Source: a virus (lineage: Duplodnaviria; Caudoviricetes). From it: a stretch of 62,236 nucleotides of DNA. Numbering within the stretch: the first letter of the stretch is position 1; each line of letters begins with the position of its first letter. The notes below the pieces were generated by a model, which saw only the letters and a list, made by a program, of their open reading frames with translations, did no database searches and was not told where the DNA came from. Below are positions 57,250 to 62,236 of the stretch, piece by piece. Both the position numbers and the translations under genes were made by a program. Where the stretch lies: positions 1-62,236 of the IMG/VR virus record IMGVR_UViG_3300032237_000390; one strand, written 5' to 3'.

Positions 57250-57430
57250 TTCCCACCTCGATTGCCAACTCAAGACCCCACTCAAGGGCATCATTGATGT
57301 CAGCATAGCTTTGACATAAGCTTTCACTCCCGTCATCATGTAGCTTGTAAACATCGAACAACCCGCTTGCGAATACTTCCTTTGCTTTGTCGGTTACTTC
57401 TAACCATACGAACCCGTCTTTAATTGTCAT
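57230..57430 (-). CDS. Hypothetical 66-aa early protein
   Basis: Probable start is ATG 57430; ends ...RLTDEL* inside HH1. Confidence 0.7.
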   Translation of the reverse strand: MTIKDGFVWLEVTDKAKEVFASGLFDVYKLHDDGSESLCQSYADINDALEWGLELAIEVGRLTDEL

Positions 57431-57459
57431 TTTGATTTGATTTATTTGGTTTAAAAATA

Positions 57460-58014
57460 TTATGCAATGCAATACATCTCAGATAAAACATTCACCGCCT
57501 TACTTACGTCCTCGGGGCGAACAACTATAAAGTAATTTGGTTTCCACTCACCCGCTGTGTCCGATTCCATTCTCCTGTTGGGTATCCCTTCCCTGTTCAA
57601 CACCTCTTCAACCCCTTCCAACGCACTCTCATTGTGGGTATGGAACACTGAGTAATTTGGGGTATCAAAATTCCCCGTCAATCTACTCGTTACATCAAAC
57701 TCCACCTCGTTCGATACATTCTCCACCGCACCATCGAAGTCAGCAACATTAACCCACTCACCATTCCACGCACGTCCATTGAGATACCATTGCCCCCTCA
57801 CTTGTTGGATTCGCACCCCTCTGAGCCCGTTTAACCTTTCCTTGGTAGTTTTACTTTCCCACCCCGCATTGGTGACCCATAGCCCATCAGCTCTATTCTC
57901 AGCTATCTTGTTGTCGAACAGCCACAGCGAACGTCCATCCGTTCTGCTGTTGTCAATTTTTTGTGTGATGCCATGCTCGAAGGCAAAGGCAATTTCACGT
58001 GTGATTTTCCGCAT
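57460..58014 (-). CDS. Hypothetical early protein (GW.S.TTKERLN motif)
   Basis: ORF track; AATCA leader. Confidence 0.8.
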   Translation of the reverse strand: MRKITREIAFAFEHGITQKIDNSRTDGRSLWLFDNKIAENRADGLWVTNAGWESKTTKERLNGLRGVRIQQVRGQWYLNGRAWNGEWVNVADFDGAVENVSNEVEFDVTSRLTGNFDTPNYSVFHTHNESALEGVEEVLNREGIPNRRMESDTAGEWKPNYFIVVRPEDVSKAVNVLSEMYCIA

Positions 58015-58026
58015 GTGATTTGATTT

Positions 58027-58078
58027 GGTTAAGACCCCCCGAAGGGGGTTTCGTTCATTCAGAACTCATCAGTTAACC
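58027..58078 (-). ncRNA. Hammerhead ribozyme HH2 (type I)
   Basis: GGUUAA-CUGAUGA-GUUC(UGAAU)GAAC-GAAA-CCCCC(UUCG)GGGGG-UC^UUAACC; predicted cut 58033/58032. Confidence 0.95.
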
Positions 58079-58228
58079 TCGATTGATTCGCTTTACCATA
58101 CCGCCCCATGATTCCCGACCCTTACAGCCATATCCTTGGGTAGCACATGATGACAAGGTAAGACCAAAGATGAACAGACAAAGGATGATGATTAAGTAAA
58201 AGACGTTCAGTGAATTTGAATTTTTCAT
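58073..58228 (-). CDS. Small lipoprotein (51 aa)
   Basis: MKNSNSLNVFYLIIILCLFIFGLTLSSC-ATQGYGCKG...; hydrophobic signal plus LSSC lipobox. Confidence 0.7.
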   Translation of the reverse strand: MKNSNSLNVFYLIIILCLFIFGLTLSSCATQGYGCKGRESWGGMVKRINRG

Positions 58229-58311
58229 ACTAATTTGTTTTTTTTGGGTAAAATAGAATTGGTTACAAAAAAAGATAAGACGAATGAAAAGAAAATAATT
58301 GCTAAAAACAT
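58225..58311 (-). CDS. 28-aa membrane peptide
   Basis: MFLAIIFFSFVLSFFVTNSILPKKNKLV*; AATCA leader; ATGA overlap with the next gene. Confidence 0.55.
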   Translation of the reverse strand: MFLAIIFFSFVLSFFVTNSILPKKNKLV

Positions 58312-58363
58312 AGTGATTTGATTTTTTGGTTTCCGATGGGGGTCACACGCTCTGTGTGTAATT

Positions 58364-58412
58364 CCGTTTCGCTCTTATGAGCTCATCAGCAAGGGCAATT
58401 ACCCTTGGACGG
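58364..58412 (-). ncRNA. Hammerhead ribozyme HH3 (type III)
   Basis: CCG-UC^CAAGGG(UAAUUG)CCCUUG-CUGAUGA-GCUC(AUAA)GAGC-GAAA-CGG; predicted cut 58408/58407. Confidence 0.92.
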
Positions 58413-58440
58413 TTACACAGCCCCGAAGGGCTGTGTAATT

Positions 58441-58456
58441 GTGTCTTCAAAGACAC
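58441..58456. repeat. 16-bp near-palindrome, copy 9
   Basis: Exact GTGTCTTCAAAGACAC. Confidence 0.95.
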
Positions 58457-58461
58457 CCCCC

Positions 58462-59334
58462 CTAAAGAAAGGGGTTGATGTCTTGATGGTATTCACCCTT
58501 CAGTATGTATTTCCTGAAGTGCCTTGCCAATTTCAGAACCTCATCCACCTTCTCAACCTCACCATTGTACATTGATAGAAGGATAGGGGTGATGCTCTTC
58601 AAAAACGTTTCGTGCGAGCCATTGGGCTTGTTAATACTGAAATCAACAAGCTCATGAAATAGCTCGTAACGTCTCATCATCTGCTTTACACTCTCAAAAC
58701 GAGACGGCAAGCGGAATTCAAGACACCCACCCTTTACAAGGGCTGTTTGATACTTAGTGTGCCAATTGGTGGTCTCATTGTAGCCCTGCAGACGCTTGTT
58801 GTAACCGCAATAGCTGTTGCCTAACCTTTTACGAAATAAGGCTAAAATAACCCCGCAATTGCCCCTCACAGCCTTTCTGAGGTCATCACCACTGAGCCCA
58901 TCAACAGCGATGGTGATATGACCCCCGCAACGCTTATCAGAAGGGCTGTAGCGGTCATCGATAATCTTCTCAGCTTTGTGCATTAGGTCGAAAACCTTAG
59001 TCCGCCATGTGCTCTGAGGGAGCAAAGGTAGAATGTGAGTCACAGCCTCATATCCACATGACCCATCATTTTCGAACCCGCAGAAAAGTTCATACTCCTT
59101 AACTGCACCTCGGTGCAGTGAGTTTTTCTCGACCTCGAAACCGATGGTGAACTTAGAACGATAGTCACCGAAAGATTCGATTAGGTTACCCCTTTGAGCC
59201 TTCTTAAGGTTCACAATGTCTGAGCTCTTTGCACCACGTCCGAGGTGGTTAGGTGAGGGCTTATGGTGGTAAGATGCCACCCGACCCCTTGAGGTTTCGC
59301 CCGTTAACGTGTACTGAATTCCTTTGTCTTGCAT
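58462..59334 (-). CDS. Putative amidoligase (COOH-NH2 ligase type 2, glutamine-synthetase-like fold)
   Basis: IGFEVE, DGS.GYE.VT.IL, CGGHI, LEFR; probable start is ATG 59334. Confidence 0.8.
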   Translation of the reverse strand: MQDKGIQYTLTGETSRGRVASYHHKPSPNHLGRGAKSSDIVNLKKAQRGNLIESFGDYRSKFTIGFEVEKNSLHRGAVKEYELFCGFENDGSCGYEAVTHILPLLPQSTWRTKVFDLMHKAEKIIDDRYSPSDKRCGGHITIAVDGLSGDDLRKAVRGNCGVILALFRKRLGNSYCGYNKRLQGYNETTNWHTKYQTALVKGGCLEFRLPSRFESVKQMMRRYELFHELVDFSINKPNGSHETFLKSITPILLSMYNGEVEKVDEVLKLARHFRKYILKGEYHQDINPFL

Positions 59335-59350
59335 AAAAGTGATTTTTTTT

Positions 59351-59410
59351 GGTTTATACAAGTGTCTTTGAAGACACTTGTTTCGGGCATTCAGCCCTCG
59401 TCAGTAAACC
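59351..59410 (-). ncRNA. Hammerhead ribozyme HH4 (type I); stem III contains 16-bp element copy 10 (59362-59377)
   Basis: GGUUUA-CUGACGA-GGGC(UGAAU)GCCC-GAAA-CAAGUGUCUU(CA)AAGACACUUG-UA^UAAACC; predicted cut 59357/59356. Confidence 0.93.
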
Positions 59411-60024
59411 TATTGCGGAGCAATTGCATCAAGCAAAAAGTTGATTGCCCCTCTTATTTGCTCACCCGTATTGGTAGTTTTAATTTGCCCTGCATCGTCT
59501 ATTCGCACTGAAATATTCCCATCAGGATGCTTGAAGGTCAACGTGAAAATTGTAGTTGAGCGGGTTTCCACCTCAGCCCCTTCTTCGCCCTCGCCACCTT
59601 CAGAGGCGGTCTCTTCACTTGCCTTTGCGAATTTCAATAACCCTTCGACCGACCTATTTGGTTCGTCACCGCTCCTTTCCACCTCATCGCATTTTGTCTT
59701 AAATGTTTCCACCACCTCAGCAGATACATTCGCCACCTTTACCAATTTGTAAAAAAACGATTTTTGCCACCCGAAAACTTTTTGACCGAATTGCTCAGTC
59801 GTCCATGTGATACCCTCTTCTCTTAATTTAGCCTTTCCACCTTCTGAATTAAACCACTCAAAAGCTTTGCGGACATGTTGAGACAAGGCAAGAGATTGCT
59901 CGAACTTCTTCTTCTGACCATTTTGAATGGTACGTTGAATACTTCTAATTTCGCTCAGATTCAATGCAGACGCTACGTCTGTCTGTCTGAGAAAGGCTGA
60001 TTCAATTGCTAATAAATTGCTCAT
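59410..60024 (-). CDS. First early gene; possible HTH-containing protein
   Basis: WTTEQFGQKVFGWQKSFFYKLVKVA resembles an HTH; first gene after the early promoter. Confidence 0.75.
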   Translation of the reverse strand: MSNLLAIESAFLRQTDVASALNLSEIRSIQRTIQNGQKKKFEQSLALSQHVRKAFEWFNSEGGKAKLREEGITWTTEQFGQKVFGWQKSFFYKLVKVANVSAEVVETFKTKCDEVERSGDEPNRSVEGLLKFAKASEETASEGGEGEEGAEVETRSTTIFTLTFKHPDGNISVRIDDAGQIKTTNTGEQIRGAINFLLDAIAPQ

Positions 60025-60062
60025 AATGTAGATTTTTTGTTTAGTGATTGATTAATTTGAGT

Positions 60063-60095
60063 GCAATATATGTTTATTTTTCTGACAATTCCAAA
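60063..60095 (-). promoter_or_regulatory. Early promoter, Bacteroidota sigma-A-like
   Basis: TTTG-N21-TATATTGC on the - strand, upstream of ATG 60024. Confidence 0.55.
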
Positions 60096-60247
60096 TATTT
60101 ATGCAAGTATTTTTTTAAATAGGCAATATTTTTTTCATTTCAGCGTAAATGAAGGGCTTTACAGCGGGTTGATTAACGTAGAATGTATGGGAGCAGACGA
60201 ATAGGACGGGGGCTGAGCCCTTTCGCTTTGCCCTTTCACTTTGAATT

Positions 60248-60263
60248 GTGTCTTTGAAGACAC
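60248..60263. repeat. 16-bp near-palindrome, copy 11
   Basis: Exact GTGTCTTTGAAGACAC. Confidence 0.95.
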
Positions 60264-60531
60264 TCAATGATAATCAACGGGTTATGGGGGTTACCTAAAG
60301 TAAAACTTTAGTTAGGGGGCGGGTCACATTGATACGAAACGGGGGCGGGGCGGTCCCGTTCAATGATGGAAAAGTCAAAAAATTGCTGAGGGCTGAGCGA
60401 ATTCGGACCCCCACCCCCTTCAAAAAAGGTCGTTTCCGCCTGACGGCTCGGCTCGCAGAACCGCTATGTAGCCCCCACACTACTATTGTCTAAATAAAAT
60501 TTATACGTACCTTTATACCAAACTATATAGT

Positions 60532-60732
60532 ATGCAATACAATGATTTGACTGTTAAGAATGGTCGTTTGATAAACAATAGACCAAATAGCATGACGGGT
60601 ATCCAACAGGCTGCTCAGATTAAAAAGGAATTAAAGAAGGCTGAAAAAATTCAAATGTATTCTGAGGCGGTATCTCTTGGTATGCAAAAAGCCGAGATGA
60701 TTGAGAAGATGAAGGGCATGGATATGGACTAA
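60532..60732 (+). CDS. Hypothetical protein
   Basis: ORF track; followed by a terminator. Confidence 0.7.
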   Translation: MQYNDLTVKNGRLINNRPNSMTGIQQAAQIKKELKKAEKIQMYSEAVSLGMQKAEMIEKMKGMDMD

Positions 60733-60750
60733 TTTTACGGTTTGATTTTT

Positions 60751-60779
60751 TGCCCTGTGTTTCTACACGGGGCATTTTT
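60751..60779 (+). terminator. Intrinsic terminator
   Basis: TGCCCTGTGT-TTCT-ACACGGGGCA-TTTTT. Confidence 0.8.
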
Positions 60780-60809
60780 ATTTATACTACCTAATAATCG
60801 GGTAGTTAA

Positions 60810-60968
60810 TGATAGATTTTATGTCGATTTTCTTTTTATAACTTATTGATAATCAATTTACTGATAGATTATGTCAATTATTTCTTTACTTTCTAATGGG
60901 AAATAAATAATAAAAGGAGGTAATATATATATATATATAGGGAAAGAAGAAGTTGTCATTTTTATCAT
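60810..60968. other. Origin-like element B (similar to 51752-51911)
   Basis: GATTTTATGTCGATT, IHF-like site at 60839-60851, GATTATGTCAATT, (AT)n-AGGG, TTGTCATTT. Confidence 0.5.
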
Positions 60969-61018
60969 TTTTATTTTAATATCTTTGTGGTATTATTTAA
61001 CCCATTAAATTTTTTAAA

Positions 61019-61309
61019 ATGGAAAAGTTTTTAAGTATCCCTGTAGCAAGTGAGCAGTATCAATTGGTATCTGCAACAGACATTGTTTTAATTGAGCAAA
61101 ATTCAACAACAACTGTTCACTTGCACTACAAGTCAAGTACAGCAACTGATGTTGTGACAATCACTCATGCTGCAGCTCCTGCAGGTGATGAGAGTATGCG
61201 TGATGCTATTCAAGATGCTCTTGTAAATGCATTGGCTACATCATGGACAAATGTGTCGTATCAAGTTGATGGTCTTCCGTTTGCAGTATCAGGTATTGCT
61301 ATTGCTTAA
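61019..61309 (+). CDS. Small protein, possibly structural
   Basis: Own -7 box (TATCTTTG 60980-60987) and own terminator. Confidence 0.75.
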   Translation: MEKFLSIPVASEQYQLVSATDIVLIEQNSTTTVHLHYKSSTATDVVTITHAAAPAGDESMRDAIQDALVNALATSWTNVSYQVDGLPFAVSGIAIA

Positions 61310-61320
61310 ATCATTAAGAA

Positions 61321-61345
61321 AGCCATCCTTCGGGATGGTTTTTTT
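61321..61345 (+). terminator. Intrinsic terminator
   Basis: AGCCATCC-TTCG-GGATGGTT-TTTTT. Confidence 0.88.
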
Positions 61346-61362
61346 ATGTCGCAAATATTATC

Positions 61363-61370
61363 TAAGTTTG
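61363..61370 (+). promoter_or_regulatory. Bacteroidota-type -7 box for groEL
   Basis: TAAGTTTG upstream of ATG 61386. Confidence 0.55.
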
Positions 61371-61385
61371 TGAAAATTAAATCAA

Positions 61386-62236
61386 ATGGAAATAGGATAC
61401 TCACCAAAAGACTTACGTTTTGGAGAAGAGGGCAGGCTAAAACTTATCAAAGGTATTAATGCTATTGCAAGTGCTGTTAAAAGCACTTTAGGTCCTAATG
61501 GTAATACTGTTGTTATTGAGTCGCCCAATCACACCCATGGTATAACCGTCACAAAAGATGGTGTAACTGTAGCAAAGGCAGTTGACCTTTTAGACCCCGT
61601 AGAGAACATTGCAGTCAAAATGATGAAGGAGGCAGCCGACCGTACAGCTACTGCTGCCGGAGACGGTACAACGACCGCTATTGTCCTCACAGAGGCATTG
61701 GTTGAGATGGGTATCTCTGAGATGAAGCCAACTCATAACAGGACTGAGGTTTTGCGTAGTATGTTGGAGCTATCAACAAGTGTGGTGGAGAGCCTGCGTT
61801 TACGCAGCAAAAAACTCTCAGGCAGCATGTTAACTGATGTGGCAACTATTAGTGCGAATAATGACAGGGAGTTGGGAAAGATTATAGCTGAGGTATACAA
61901 AGAGGTTGGAAAGAATGGTATTGTAACTGTAGAGCGTTCACAGACATCGGAGACCTATGCCGAGACCACTATGGGGTTGAAGATAGACAGGGGCTATTTA
62001 AGTCCGTTGTTTATCAATGACCAAAAGAAAGACGAGTGTGTATTTGAGGACACTATGGTATTGGTTGCTGACATTGAGATAGGTAACATTCTTAATATTG
62101 AGCAGATACTCAAGCCAATTATTCAGGAGGGCAAGAAACTTCTTATTGTGGCTCCTTGCCATAATAACGTGGTGAATACATTGGCAGCGAATGTGATGAA
62201 GGGGAACCTTAAGATATGTGCGATACCGCCACCAAA
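61386..62236 (+). CDS. groEL: Chaperonin GroEL, N-terminal part (continues across the junction to 871; ~532 aa in total)
   Basis: Absent from the ORF track. ATG at 61386 reads MEIGYSPKDLRFGEEGR...VKSTLGPNG...VTKDGVTVAK...AGDGTTTA (GroEL ATP-binding motifs). Confidence 0.97.
   Translation, partial: MEIGYSPKDLRFGEEGRLKLIKGINAIASAVKSTLGPNGNTVVIESPNHTHGITVTKDGVTVAKAVDLLDPVENIAVKMMKEAADRTATAAGDGTTTAIVLTEALVEMGISEMKPTHNRTEVLRSMLELSTSVVESLRLRSKKLSGSMLTDVATISANNDRELGKIIAEVYKEVGKNGIVTVERSQTSETYAETTMGLKIDRGYLSPLFINDQKKDECVFEDTMVLVADIEIGNILNIEQILKPIIQEGKKLLIVAPCHNNVVNTLAANVMKGNLKICAIPPP
62114..62236. repeat. Terminal direct repeat (assembly circularisation overlap), copy 2
   Basis: Identical to 1-123. 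Confidence 0.97.

Noticed and set aside
45087-60024. Lysogeny module or site-specific recombinase for the 16-bp sites
   Set aside because: No tyrosine or serine recombinase and no CI-like repressor motifs recognised
60195-60240. Hammerhead-like GAAAGGGC..GCCC..GUC on the - strand
   Set aside because: No CUGANGA core nearby
55627-60263. 16-bp repeats as a CRISPR array
   Set aside because: Repeat too short, spacing ~1 kb or more with genes in between, mixed orientation, and no cas genes
1-62236. Stop-codon reassignment as in some crAss-like phages
   Set aside because: Genes are long and intact in the standard code; TAG, TGA and TAA all serve as stops; no suppressor tRNA

Overview
The window is a complete, circularly assembled genome of about 62.1 kb (positions 1-123 are identical to 62114-62236). 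It looks like a lytic, podovirus-like dsDNA phage, most likely infecting a Bacteroidota host (many TAnnTTTG -7 promoter boxes, A-rich leaders without Shine-Dalgarno, BT4734/VirE_N-type primase). The + strand (~60.5 kb through the junction to 45.1 kb) carries GroEL/GroES, small basic proteins, lysis genes, tail fibres, terminase, portal, scaffold, capsid, tail and three ejection-type proteins. The - strand (45.1-60.0 kb) carries replication/recombination genes and an early region. I found no DNA polymerase, integrase, full tRNA or CRISPR array. The main finding is non-coding. The early - strand operon is punctuated at gene boundaries by four intact hammerhead ribozymes (three type I, one type III) and two anticodon-less tRNA-like minihelices, which suggests a built-in system for cutting the early polycistronic mRNA into gene-sized pieces. 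Separately, an exact 16-bp near-palindrome (GTGTCTT-CA-AAGACAC) occurs 11 times, inside genes in three different readings, and forms stem III of one hammerhead. Other observations: two similar origin-like elements, two stand-alone DnaA-domain-IV-like proteins, a probable +1-frame gene inside the 2523-aa protein, and a Cys-rich repeat gene between the two halves of an apparently split tail gene. All protein calls come from motif recognition by eye; no database searches were run.
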